A DNA stretch of 64,000 bases, from the IMG/VR virus record IMGVR_UViG_3300033273_000374, positions 64,001-128,000 of that record; one strand, written 5' to 3'. The notes under the pieces were generated by a model. The model was not told the DNA's origin, did no database searches, and worked only from the letters and a program-made list of their open reading frames with translations. Each line of letters opens with the position of its first letter. The first letter of the stretch is position 1. Origin of the DNA: a virus (lineage: Duplodnaviria > Heunggongvirae > Uroviricota > Caudoviricetes). This document shows, one piece after another, positions 1-9,172 of the stretch. Position numbers and translations under genes: made by a program.

Positions 1-1005
1 TGCGTCAACTGATTGCTGAAGTTTTTTACGGTCTGCTGCTGGTAATGGAATTAGTCCTTTATCAATTGCAGTACCTTCGTCGCCAATAGTTCTTTCGCTA
101 ACAAACCATTGCACATATTGTTTTAGGTTTGGAATGCTGTTTAAGTGTTCTTTCTTTACATAAAAGTAAAGTGAACGGCTAACTTTGTACTTGCCACCTG
201 CAATGTTTTCAAATGTTGGTTGTGCACCTTCTACAGTTGCACCTTGAATCTTGTCAGTGTTGGCGTCTAGGAAACTAAAGCCAAACACGCCAAATGCTTT
301 TGGATTAGCCACTAGTTTTTGTACAATTAGGTTATCGTTTTCGCCTGCTTCAATAAAAGCACCATCTTCACGAAGTGTGTGTGCTATTGCTTTGAATGCT
401 TTTTTGTTGTCTTTGCGTAAGTCTTTTAGTTCTTTGATTTGTTTTGCTCCACCTTCCATTGCAATTTCTACAAATGCATCTCTTGTGCCTGATGTTGGTG
501 GCGGCCCTAAAACTTCAATCTGCTGGTTGGGGAGATCGCTACGCACGTCTTTCCATGTTTTGTATGGATTTGGTATCATTCCACCCTTACCATCTGGCAC
601 ATTCTTAGCTAGTGCTAGGAATACATCTTTAAGGGTCAGTGAAACCTTTTCACCCTGCTTTGAGTTAGCAATTACAATGCCGTCAAAACCAATTTTTACT
701 TCAAGTGGTGTAACGCCATTTGCCTTACATGTTTCAATTTCTTTTGCTTTTATTGCACGACTTGCATTTGTTAAGTCCGGGTGCTGTACGCCTATGCCAG
801 CACAAAATAGCTTCATGCCACCACCTGTGCCAGTCGATTCAATAATAGGTGCTTTGTTGCCGTTTTTGGCAAATGTTTCGGCAGCCACAGTTGCAAAAGG
901 AAAGACTGTAGATGAACCTACAGTCTTGATTTGTTCTCTTGCTACTGCTACTGTGGTTGTTGCAGCCAAAGTTAGTGCTGCTAATGTTACTAATAATTGT
1001 CTCAT
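1..1005 (-). CDS. pstS: Phosphate ABC transporter substrate-binding protein PstS (runs off window start; absent from ORF track)
   Basis: Manual translation from ATG 1005 (RBS GGAG): MRQLLVTLAALTLAATTTVAVAREQIKTVGSSTVFPF...ESTGTGGGMKLFCAGIG...PDLTNASRAIK; near window edge GDEGTAIDKGLIPLP. Alphaproteobacterial-type PstS motifs. Confidence 0.93.
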   Translation of the reverse strand, partial: MRQLLVTLAALTLAATTTVAVAREQIKTVGSSTVFPFATVAAETFAKNGNKAPIIESTGTGGGMKLFCAGIGVQHPDLTNASRAIKAKEIETCKANGVTPLEVKIGFDGIVIANSKQGEKVSLTLKDVFLALAKNVPDGKGGMIPNPYKTWKDVRSDLPNQQIEVLGPPPTSGTRDAFVEIAMEGGAKQIKELKDLRKDNKKAFKAIAHTLREDGAFIEAGENDNLIVQKLVANPKAFGVFGFSFLDANTDKIQGATVEGAQPTFENIAGGKYKVSRSLYFYVKKEHLNSIPNLKQYVQWFVSERTIGDEGTAIDKGLIPLPAADRKKLQQSVDA

Positions 1006-1051
1006 ACCTGTGTCTCCCTTGTGTATGATGCAACTATTTAAACATAGGTAT

Positions 1052-1091
1052 GTTACAAACCTGTTACATTTTTGTTAAAGTTATGTTATTT
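1052..1091 (-). promoter_or_regulatory. Pho-box-like tandem repeats upstream of pstS
   Basis: Minus strand CTTTAAC-AAAA-ATGTAAC-AGGT-TTGTAAC; 7+4 units with exact 11-bp period (forward GTTA at 1052, 1063, 1074, 1085). Confidence 0.6.
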
Positions 1092-1128
1092 TTTGTTAGG
1101 TGTTTTCAAAAAACTTAAATAAAATATC

Positions 1129-3021
1129 ATGCATAATCTTTACCTTGTTCAAACTGTGGACAAATATGGTCCAAATAGTTTTCTACCATTGGCAATATCA
1201 TATCAATGGATGTTTGCACAAACCGACACCTGCGTTGCTGAAAATTTTGAAGTGGTAGATGTCTTAATTTCTAAAAAATCTCCGGCAAAATATGTACAAG
1301 AAATGCCATGCAAACCTGATGTAGTAGCTATGAGTTGTTATGTTTGGAATTGGTCATACAATCAACAGTTAGCCAAAGAAATAAAAAAAGTATACCCAGA
1401 CTGTTTAATTGTTGTAGGTGGACCAAATGTTGATAAACGTAATCATTTATTTTTCTCTGAATATCCAAATTTTGATATTGCAGTACTTGGCGAAGGTGAA
1501 CTAGCATTTAAGGAAATACTACTTAGATATCACCAAGGGCAAACCTATAAAAATATTCCACATGTATTTGTTAAGGGTGGAGAAATCTGCGAGCAACCGC
1601 AACGAATTTTAGATGTAAACAGTATTCCTAGTCCTATATTAAATGGTTTTTATGATAAAATTATAGAAAAAGTTGAACAGGAAATTGGTACACAACGCTG
1701 GCAAGTAACATATGAAACTCTAAGAGGCTGTCCGTATAGATGTAGTTTTTGTGATATTGGTGATACCTATTGGACTAAACTAACAAAATTTAATCTAGAC
1801 AGAGTGTTTGCAGAAATAGACTGGATGAGTGAAAAACAGATTGAGTATATAGGTGTTTGTGATAGTAATTGGGGCATGCTTGCAAGAGATAAAGAAATTA
1901 CAGAATATGTTATTCAAAAGAAATTAAGTACCGGTTACCCAATGGTATGGGATGTGACTTGGGCAAAATCTAATAGCAAACGAATCTACGAAATTGCGCA
2001 GGCTGATAAAAAGGCAAACACAAATCTATTCAAAGGTATTACTTTTGCTATGCAGAGTTTGAACAAACCCACGCAAGAAGCATCTCGCCGTACTAATCTA
2101 AAAAGCGACGAAGCTCTAGCCTATATGAAGTTATATGATAAAGAAAACATACCCACTTATAGTGAACTTATATGGCCTATGCCTAATGAAACCTACCAAA
2201 GTCTTAAGGAAAATATTCAAACATTAATTAGTATGGGACAGAAAAGTTTCCTAATGGTACATCCACTGGTACTCACTTATAACGCTGAAATGGGTGCAAA
2301 AGAATATCAAGACACTTATCATATGAAATGGAACGAAGTGCCTCTTGACACATATTACCTAAACATTGAAGATTTAGATGACTATATTATAGAAAAAACC
2401 ATGGCTGTCTATGAAACAAATACTGCTGACAGAGCGCAGTCTATACGTGGACACTTGTTTTCTTACTTGTTTATATTGATGTATTATTACGGATGGGGAC
2501 ATTTTATAATGGAATACATGTTTAACAAATATCAAGTAAAACATATAGATTTCATTGAAATTATGTTAAACTACTTTATAGCAAAAAATAGTCTCATAGG
2601 TAGTGAAATTAGACAAACTGAAAAAACTATGATTGATGTCTATCACGGTAATAGATTTTGGGGAAGGAAAGTTTTTAAGGACGATATTTTTTGGGAATAC
2701 AGAGGTGCAAGTAGTGTTGTTTTTCATAACCGTAGAAAGGAACTTGCAAAAGAGCTTAAAAAATTCTGCATTGATGTATTTAATATTAATATTTCAAATG
2801 TAGTAAAATTTAACATGGATATGTGTTTTGATAACACTATAGATTATCCAATCAGAAGAACTTACACCAACGATACACTAACCCATTGTGTTGGAGTTAA
2901 CAATAAAAAAACTGTTACAATTTCACACAGAAGTAAGAAACGTCTTAACGATAACGATTTCTACCACATCACTTATCATTATCAACGTAAAAACAGATAT
3001 TGGAAATGTGATATTATTTAG
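1129..3021 (+). CDS. B12-binding-domain radical SAM protein
   Basis: N-terminal SCYVWN...VVGGP B12-binding-like domain; ETLRGCPYRCSFCD CxxxCxxC motif. Confidence 0.88.
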   Translation: MHNLYLVQTVDKYGPNSFLPLAISYQWMFAQTDTCVAENFEVVDVLISKKSPAKYVQEMPCKPDVVAMSCYVWNWSYNQQLAKEIKKVYPDCLIVVGGPNVDKRNHLFFSEYPNFDIAVLGEGELAFKEILLRYHQGQTYKNIPHVFVKGGEICEQPQRILDVNSIPSPILNGFYDKIIEKVEQEIGTQRWQVTYETLRGCPYRCSFCDIGDTYWTKLTKFNLDRVFAEIDWMSEKQIEYIGVCDSNWGMLARDKEITEYVIQKKLSTGYPMVWDVTWAKSNSKRIYEIAQADKKANTNLFKGITFAMQSLNKPTQEASRRTNLKSDEALAYMKLYDKENIPTYSELIWPMPNETYQSLKENIQTLISMGQKSFLMVHPLVLTYNAEMGAKEYQDTYHMKWNEVPLDTYYLNIEDLDDYIIEKTMAVYETNTADRAQSIRGHLFSYLFILMYYYGWGHFIMEYMFNKYQVKHIDFIEIMLNYFIAKNSLIGSEIRQTEKTMIDVYHGNRFWGRKVFKDDIFWEYRGASSVVFHNRRKELAKELKKFCIDVFNINISNVVKFNMDMCFDNTIDYPIRRTYTNDTLTHCVGVNNKKTVTISHRSKKRLNDNDFYHITYHYQRKNRYWKCDII

Positions 3022-3289
3022 ATTCTAATTGTTTAATACGAGCTTCAAGCTCGTCAATCTTTGCTGTGATTCTAGGATACTTTAAACGCCAAGCATTTGG
3101 ATCATTTTGCAACCAAGTCCACCCCCAACGTATGGCCAATTGCTCTAGTATTCTATCAAATTTAGCAACTGCCCATATTGCCATCTTGGTGTCTTTGAAC
3201 CAAAACAAAAATGCAGCACCCAACAGTGAACCTGCTATCGCTGTGTAAATCCACAGCGTGTCAGCAAACATTTTACTGATCATTTCCAT
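3014..3289 (-). CDS. Small membrane protein with C-terminal coiled coil
   Basis: N-terminal TM helix (IAGSLLGAAFLFWF); overlaps end of spanin gene. Confidence 0.7.
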   Translation of the reverse strand: MEMISKMFADTLWIYTAIAGSLLGAAFLFWFKDTKMAIWAVAKFDRILEQLAIRWGWTWLQNDPNAWRLKYPRITAKIDELEARIKQLESK

Positions 3290-3671
3290 CAGTCTTCTTC
3301 TCCTCTGTTGGCTGTTTCATTGAGTCTTCGTAGTACACAATGATGTCATTTTGTTGGTTTATGTATCTACGTAAATCAGCAATGTTAAGTGCAAGATTTT
3401 CATAGCTGTCTATGCTCAATGAGACCACTGCAAACTCTCCATGCTTTGCAGTAAAGTCAGCAACAAACTGATCAATGTTGTCTTTGTTGACTACAAATAC
3501 CTGTACGTCAACTAGATCAATTGGCTTTGGTCTTGCTACTATTGGTACTGTTATCCGTTGAACCTGGGTTACTGTTTTGATCTCCGGCTCCGGTTTCTGC
3601 CAAAGGCTGCAACCACTCAGGATTAGGAGACTTGCTACCGGCAATGTTACCAGTTTCGCCCATGATTTCAC
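3273..3671 (-). CDS. Outer-membrane lipoprotein, o-spanin (Rz1-like)
   Basis: GTG start at 3671 gives MKSWAKLVTLPVASLLILSG|C lipobox, then Pro-rich segment; 5' end overlaps the upstream coiled-coil gene in another frame. Confidence 0.75.
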   Translation of the reverse strand: MKSWAKLVTLPVASLLILSGCSLWQKPEPEIKTVTQVQRITVPIVARPKPIDLVDVQVFVVNKDNIDQFVADFTAKHGEFAVVSLSIDSYENLALNIADLRRYINQQNDIIVYYEDSMKQPTEEKKTDGNDQ

Positions 3672-4020
3672 GCCATAGTTTTGCTGTAGCGGCATTCATA
3701 CGTCCTTCTAACTGTTTTGGATTTGCAAGTGCATCAGCATTCAAATCCAATTGTCTTAGTCTTTTGCGGAGATTGTCTCCGTATTGTTCTGCTGCCTGCA
3801 GTTTGCCTTGTAGTTCACTTGTAAGTTTTGCAGTTTGAACTGCTTGCTCCTGCAGTGCATTTATACTAGCTTCGCTGGTTTCGAGAGCTGTTTCTAATTT
3901 GGCATTGTTCTCTGCCAGTGTCTGTATTCTTTGCTGGGTATCTGTGTAGTATTTCCAAGCGCCAAGTCCTACGCCGCCTAGTAATCCAACTACCAACAAA
4001 AATATATAGACTCTTGTCAT
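3517..4020 (-). CDS. Inner-membrane i-spanin (Rz-like)
   Basis: ATG 4020; single N-terminal TM (YIFLLVVGLLGGVGLGAW) followed by long coiled coil. Confidence 0.75.
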   Translation of the reverse strand: MTRVYIFLLVVGLLGGVGLGAWKYYTDTQQRIQTLAENNAKLETALETSEASINALQEQAVQTAKLTSELQGKLQAAEQYGDNLRKRLRQLDLNADALANPKQLEGRMNAATAKLWREIMGETGNIAGSKSPNPEWLQPLAETGAGDQNSNPGSTDNSTNSSKTKAN

Positions 4021-4021
4021 A

Positions 4022-4186
4022 TTAGTTTTCTCGTTTCCATAGTGTGTAAGCACCGTATGCAATTGCACCGTATGCTACAATACTTGCGATTGGTTTAAAG
4101 ATAAGAAACGCGATGCCTGCAGCAATTAGTACTGCACCATCTAGCGATGTGCGTTCGTTTAATCTGTCCATAATAAATTTTTTCAT
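4022..4186 (-). CDS. 54-aa two-TM protein, holin candidate (not in ORF track)
   Basis: Manual: MKKFIMDRLNERTSLDGAVLIAAGIAFLIFKPIASIVAYGAIAYGAYTLWKREN; strong RBS GGAG; directly upstream of spanins. Confidence 0.6.
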   Translation of the reverse strand: MKKFIMDRLNERTSLDGAVLIAAGIAFLIFKPIASIVAYGAIAYGAYTLWKREN

Positions 4187-4195
4187 AATACTCTC

Positions 4196-4348
4196 CTATT
4201 CACAATCATCACAACTACATAAATCACAGGATTTTATCTCATAAGATTCATGTTCATTAGAACGAACCTCCATCAAGTGAGGTGTTCCGCAGTGTTGTGG
4301 ATTACCACAATTTCTACATGTGTTTGATTGATAGTCTAATTGATTCAT
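4196..4348 (-). CDS. 50-aa Cys-rich (Zn-finger-like) protein (not in ORF track)
   Basis: MNQLDYQSNTCRNCGNPQHCG...SCDLCSCDDCE; ATGA overlap with the upstream gene. Confidence 0.6.
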   Translation of the reverse strand: MNQLDYQSNTCRNCGNPQHCGTPHLMEVRSNEHESYEIKSCDLCSCDDCE

Positions 4349-4587
4349 GTCCAAGTTTTGTTAATGGTTGGCCCGCTAACTTTTAGATAATAACCGGTGC
4401 GAGCGTTATTAACACCCCATTTTACTGTGTGTCCCTTTGGCACACCAGGCATGATATAGGTGCGAATGTATCCATCTGCATCATCCCATCCGTGTTCCGC
4501 AGTTCTGTCTTTGCTTGCCCACCATGTGTCGATGGTAGATGTGTCTTGTGCTGTGATTGGGTTTACTGCTGCTCCTGCAAATGCCAT
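4345..4587 (-). CDS. Hypothetical protein
   Basis: 80-aa ORF coupled to both neighbours. Confidence 0.6.
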   Translation of the reverse strand: MAFAGAAVNPITAQDTSTIDTWWASKDRTAEHGWDDADGYIRTYIMPGVPKGHTVKWGVNNARTGYYLKVSGPTINKTWT

Positions 4588-5129
4588 TATGTTCTCTCCT
4601 TGGCCTTGTGTGTTTTAGCGACTGGCTTGAAAGGTACTCTAGCACTAATCATCATGCTCTCTAGAACATCACTTGCTGCTTTGCTGTCTCTGTATTTCTT
4701 TGGACTCAATGGTATACTTCTTGCGATGTTTTGTTCACTGAGTTCTACACTGTCTTCGTTGACAGCGTTTTTATAATACACCATGGTGTAATCACTTGGT
4801 TGTAGTCCTGTGAGGTTACTGATGTCTTCTACCATGCTTATGAACACACTAGGGAAACTGGTTCTACGTTCTGCTTCTACAAACACCACATAGTTGCCTT
4901 CACTGATTTCACCAGGTGATGTTTCTGCATCCAGTATCCAGTCGTAACCTTTTTCCATAAAGTTTTCTAAATCTTGTGCTGCAGTTTTACCATTTACTTT
5001 AAAACTAGCAACTATAACATTATCACTGTCGCCCATTTTAGGCACATATTCATCAAAGTGTACCACAGGTGTGACACGATCTTCTAGATCCATGTGTGAC
5101 AAACCTTCATCAAGTTGTTGCTTATTCAT
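4587..5129 (-). CDS. Hypothetical phage protein
   Basis: Start moved to ATG 5129 (MNKQQLDEG), overlapping the upstream stop. Confidence 0.7.
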   Translation of the reverse strand: MNKQQLDEGLSHMDLEDRVTPVVHFDEYVPKMGDSDNVIVASFKVNGKTAAQDLENFMEKGYDWILDAETSPGEISEGNYVVFVEAERRTSFPSVFISMVEDISNLTGLQPSDYTMVYYKNAVNEDSVELSEQNIARSIPLSPKKYRDSKAASDVLESMMISARVPFKPVAKTHKAKERT

Positions 5130-5643
5130 CTTCTTCACCTTCTGGAACGTTGTTGTTTGACGTAACATCACTTAGGTTTTGTTCATATGCATCGTCTAGA
5201 TCAGTCATGTCAATTTCACGACCTTCTAGTTCCATATAACCTTCGTTGACATCTTGGATAAGTTCTTTTGGCATACGGATTTCCAATACCCAAACATTAT
5301 CTTCACGGAGCTTCGGTTTGCGTGTGCCTGGACGGAAATCGTCGTAATCTTCTACTTTGACTGGTGTTGCTAGTTTTTCACGTTCGTACATGACTCTAGC
5401 ATTATATCCTAACAGTCTTTTTGCACCATCAGGATCTGGCATCAACTTGTGTGGCCACATAAATTTAGCAGTGACCCAGTGGCGGTCTACAATAGGACCT
5501 TCCACAAGTTCACCACGTTTCCAGTTTTCAAATGCATAGATATCTAGTTGATCTAGTACACGTTCAAAGTCAAGCAGCGTTTCAAGGCTACTTTCGCTCA
5601 TATAAATTTTCTTTGTATTTTTTACAATGTCTACAATATCCAT
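5122..5643 (-). CDS. Hypothetical phage protein (late)
   Basis: 173 aa; TAAATA box at 5663-5668 upstream. Confidence 0.75.
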   Translation of the reverse strand: MDIVDIVKNTKKIYMSESSLETLLDFERVLDQLDIYAFENWKRGELVEGPIVDRHWVTAKFMWPHKLMPDPDGAKRLLGYNARVMYEREKLATPVKVEDYDDFRPGTRKPKLREDNVWVLEIRMPKELIQDVNEGYMELEGREIDMTDLDDAYEQNLSDVTSNNNVPEGEEDE

Positions 5644-5665
5644 GGATTACACCCTTATAGTGTAT

Positions 5666-5890
5666 TTATGGCCAGTACAACATTACCAGCATTGGAATGA
5701 TTATAAAGAACTGTGGCAAGAAGTTTAGTATGATTGCCTTTTCGTTCCAGCGCCAGCCTACATATATCCAGCCACTTGCACCCAGCATTTGTAGCATGCT
5801 GTTCCATGGAGTTATTCCTGCAACGTGCAGGACCATAGCACAAAGTATGGTCACTGCACTTGCATATTTTATAAAAATTATATGTTTCAT
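5666..5890 (-). CDS. Small multi-TM membrane protein
   Basis: 74 aa, about 3 hydrophobic helices; ATGA overlap with the upstream oxygenase. Confidence 0.7.
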   Translation of the reverse strand: MKHIIFIKYASAVTILCAMVLHVAGITPWNSMLQMLGASGWIYVGWRWNEKAIILNFLPQFFIIIPMLVMLYWP

Positions 5891-6552
5891 ATTTCTATCA
5901 CTTTGTTATAGGTTGAGAACAAACGCAGTGTTTGATCACTGGCAATGCCAGTTACTAGAAGTGTACAGCGTGGATTGTGTCCGGCATTTGCTGTACAATG
6001 AGGAACGTTGTACCAGTCAAAACTGTATATTTCTCCTGCACGATACCCTGTGTGAACAAAGTTTCCATACTGTATAAAATGTCCAGGTTCCCAGTCATTG
6101 AGCATTACCATAAAACGATATACACTGTGCGGATCATCCTTGTTCCATTTCTCAAGTTTATCTATGTGCAGATTCCATACCTGTCCAGGCAGTTGTATAT
6201 GCACACGACTTTGAATTGGTTTTTCAGTGTTAGACTTTAAACACAAAGCATCTGTCATTCGCTGAAATACTGGCAGTAAATCATATTCTAAATTAGTCAA
6301 TACTAAATTAGGATCAGCCCCACTACGAACTAAATCATACTCTTCAAGTTCTATTTCTAAACTTGTGCCGTCAATAGGATTGCGATTACGCCATGTAATT
6401 GCTTTACTACTTGAAATAGTTTGTGCTAGTTCTTTGCTCCAATCTCCTTTAAAGCGACCGGCATAGCGCATTGCATCATATGCCGGATCGCTCACAAAAG
6501 GATCAAAGTGATAGTCTGTCCTGGGCTTCAATTTGTCCCAGTTACTTTCCAT
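5887..6552 (-). CDS. 2OG-Fe(II) oxygenase-like (cupin) protein
   Basis: HxD (LHID) ... distal H (NVPHCTAN) pattern. Confidence 0.65.
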   Translation of the reverse strand: MESNWDKLKPRTDYHFDPFVSDPAYDAMRYAGRFKGDWSKELAQTISSSKAITWRNRNPIDGTSLEIELEEYDLVRSGADPNLVLTNLEYDLLPVFQRMTDALCLKSNTEKPIQSRVHIQLPGQVWNLHIDKLEKWNKDDPHSVYRFMVMLNDWEPGHFIQYGNFVHTGYRAGEIYSFDWYNVPHCTANAGHNPRCTLLVTGIASDQTLRLFSTYNKVIEI

Positions 6553-7604
6553 TATTTTACTAGTTCTGGCTTATAAATGCTTTTTAGTCCTAGTGCTTCT
6601 TTGTTAAACTTAACTAGGTTTTTAAGTGCATCTTCTGTAACAAATGTCATTAGTGTATCACGCATTTGATCACCATCTACACCAATAAACCATTCATACT
6701 TGCCATTCTTTGCTTCAATAGCAGCCATTGATTCTGCATCATTTTTCATAGCATACATTGCTGCAATCATACGTTTGCGTAGTTTTTCATTGCCTTTGTT
6801 AACCCAGATAGCTTTTTGTAAGCCATCGCGGAAACTTTTTACAAGTTTGTATGCATCGTAAAACTCGCCACTTGGTTTCACATTCCAACGCTTTTCAAAG
6901 ATTTGTTCAACTTGATAACCAGCTGGATAGTTTGTATCATCTATGTGATTGCCTGTTTTTGGATCTAGTAGTCCGTGATGAAACCAAAGTTCTGCATTCT
7001 TGTCTGGCTCAACATGCTTTTGATATGTTGCTGGATTTTCACGAGTACCGTTTAAATCACCACGCTTGAATGCAAGGCGTCTTTCACTGCCGCTCATGCC
7101 TTTTACCCATGTAACCTTTTCTTTGAAACATGCAATGTATTCATCTACAGTTTTGTCTGGGCCGCACAACATCAGTGTTATTGCAAATGCTTCTGGTACC
7201 ATTCCTGATCCTGCTGGAAAACGTGGTTTGCTCATATCATCGCCAATGCGCTTGCCTGCAATGATGTTTAGATTCATAAGACCTACACTGTCATACTCAG
7301 CATAATTGTAGTCAACTTGCTCTTGCAAGAAACTTACACCATTACCGCCGTGTGTAACTACAATTGTATTTTCGTCAAATCGTAGTTTGTTGTGCCAGGC
7401 ATTGATTCCTGGAATGTCACGTGCGCCTGGAATAAGACGCAATGTAATTTTTTCACCGAGATGTTTTTCAAGTTCTTTTTTAACAATCTCAGCCCACACT
7501 GTGGTACCTTGTCCCGGCTTTTGCGGAACAACCATTGTCACTTCTGCCATTGCTGAAGTAAACATAAACAAGGATGCTACGATCCCTAGTACTAGATTTT
7601 TCAT
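6552..7604 (-). CDS. tctC: Tripartite tricarboxylate transporter substrate-binding protein (TctC/Bug-like)
   Basis: Signal peptide; VTMVVPQKPGQGT...IPGA; adjacent to TctA. Confidence 0.75.
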   Translation of the reverse strand: MKNLVLGIVASLFMFTSAMAEVTMVVPQKPGQGTTVWAEIVKKELEKHLGEKITLRLIPGARDIPGINAWHNKLRFDENTIVVTHGGNGVSFLQEQVDYNYAEYDSVGLMNLNIIAGKRIGDDMSKPRFPAGSGMVPEAFAITLMLCGPDKTVDEYIACFKEKVTWVKGMSGSERRLAFKRGDLNGTRENPATYQKHVEPDKNAELWFHHGLLDPKTGNHIDDTNYPAGYQVEQIFEKRWNVKPSGEFYDAYKLVKSFRDGLQKAIWVNKGNEKLRKRMIAAMYAMKNDAESMAAIEAKNGKYEWFIGVDGDQMRDTLMTFVTEDALKNLVKFNKEALGLKSIYKPELVK

Positions 7605-7613
7605 TTATATCTC

Positions 7614-9065
7614 CTAAACAAAATCTATTCTTGCTTTATTAAAAAATATTCCCCATATTGCAGCACAAACTGCCAAAGTTAGAAATATTAAAGGTAGTGG
7701 TTCAAGAAGCAAGTTACTCCAACCATAACCAAATGTGTTAAACTGAACCCAACTGGCTTCTAGTCTAGCACTTAAAATGTAGCCTATTAAAAAACTAACA
7801 CGGCTAAATTTAGTAAACTTTAATACCATACCTGCACAACAGCAAATTGCTAACATAGCATAATCGTTGAACATGCCTGTGTATTGTGTGCTTGCCCAAA
7901 TCAAACTAGCCAATATGGGCCAAAAGTAATAACGAAACGGAACGTTTGTTATGTAAACTGCATACTTGATAAAGCCATAACTTATAGGAAGTATGATTAA
8001 CAAACTCCATAGGTAACTACTAAGCAGTGTATCAAAAAATTGTTGATCTGCAAGTACACTTGGTGTACCTAGTTCAAGGCCCACATACATCAGCAGTCCC
8101 ATTACAATAACTTCAAAAGGTGCACCAGGTATACCAAACAACACTGTAGGAACATAACTGGTTGCTTTTTGTGCATTATTAGCACCTTCGCATCCAATAA
8201 CACCGCGGACATGTCCTTGGCCAACATTCTCGCCATCGCGTTTACCTAGTGCAACTGTTTGGCTGTATGCAAACCAATCTGCAATTGCACCGCCAATTCC
8301 AGGAATCAATCCAATGAAACCTCCAATAAAGCCGCCGCGCAATCCATCCCATTTATATTGCCAGGTATCCTTTACACCCTGTATTAACTGTGCTACAATA
8401 ACACCATTGGTGAGCTTTACACGTTCTGCCTTCATTTGGTATGCACTTAGTAATTCTGGAAATGCAAGAACACCTGCCATTATAGGAATTATCTGTACAC
8501 CATCACCTAGGTATTCCCATCCCATTGTCCAGCGTGGACTTGCTGTGTTAGGATCCATTCCTATGTGTCCTACAGCAACTCCTAATACAAGTGCAAGGGC
8601 GCCGCGAAACCAATACTTACTGCTAACGAATATCACACAAGTCATAGCAAATATCAAAAAGCTAAACATTTCTACTGTACCAAAATATAACACAATATTT
8701 GTATACCATGGCAAAAATAAGAACACCAACAGTCCCCATATTAGTCCATTAATCCAACTTGTGCTAATGGCTGCACTGAGTGCGCGAGCAGCTTCGCCAC
8801 GTCTGGACATTGGAAATCCATCTACCATGGTCGCTGCCGCTCCGCCTGCTCCTGGAATGTTCATTACAACACCACAGAAACTATCTCCTATGCTACTGGT
8901 CACAACAACTGCCGTGGTAAACACCACTAACATGTAAGGATCCTCAAAGTAGCCTACAAAACTGTAGATTGCAATAAGTCCTGTTGTAGCACCTGCTACG
9001 GGTATTAGTCCTACAAAGAAGCCGTAAAAGACTCCTAGTAGAAGTACAATGATATATGTGTCCAT
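7614..9065 (-). CDS. tctA: Tripartite tricarboxylate transporter large permease TctA
   Basis: Multi-TM; GLIPVAG, NIPGAGGAAATMVDGFPM, GLIPGIGG, EGANNA, LFGIPG motifs. Alternative GTG start at 9092. Confidence 0.9.
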   Translation of the reverse strand: MDTYIIVLLLGVFYGFFVGLIPVAGATTGLIAIYSFVGYFEDPYMLVVFTTAVVVTSSIGDSFCGVVMNIPGAGGAAATMVDGFPMSRRGEAARALSAAISTSWINGLIWGLLVFLFLPWYTNIVLYFGTVEMFSFLIFAMTCVIFVSSKYWFRGALALVLGVAVGHIGMDPNTASPRWTMGWEYLGDGVQIIPIMAGVLAFPELLSAYQMKAERVKLTNGVIVAQLIQGVKDTWQYKWDGLRGGFIGGFIGLIPGIGGAIADWFAYSQTVALGKRDGENVGQGHVRGVIGCEGANNAQKATSYVPTVLFGIPGAPFEVIVMGLLMYVGLELGTPSVLADQQFFDTLLSSYLWSLLIILPISYGFIKYAVYITNVPFRYYFWPILASLIWASTQYTGMFNDYAMLAICCCAGMVLKFTKFSRVSFLIGYILSARLEASWVQFNTFGYGWSNLLLEPLPLIFLTLAVCAAIWGIFFNKARIDFV

Positions 9066-9066
9066 A

Positions 9067-9166
9067 GGAATACCGCAGGAGTACACCAGCACCCTGCGCC
9101 TTTTCTAGTTTTTTTAGGAAGTCAACAACTGAACTTACAGCATTCCGCTTTCACCGTTAGTTGTTG
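9067..9166 (-). promoter_or_regulatory. Structured leader of tctA with mutually exclusive helices
   Basis: 8-bp helix 9159-9166/9123-9130; hairpin 9074-9098; alternative 11-bp helix 9136-9146/9067-9077. Confidence 0.45.
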
Positions 9167-9172
9167 TATGTT

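Noticed and set aside
251-1078. 275-aa plus-strand ORF
   Set aside because: Antisense shadow of pstS. The same applies to the other long antisense ORFs (e.g. 8314-8937, 26156-26812, 45620-46096, 50780-51379).
9100-9140. preQ1-I riboswitch (GTTCAG...TAAAAAAACTAG)
   Set aside because: The A-rich tail resembles it, but the P1 stem and loop pairing do not fit, and there is no queuosine gene context.
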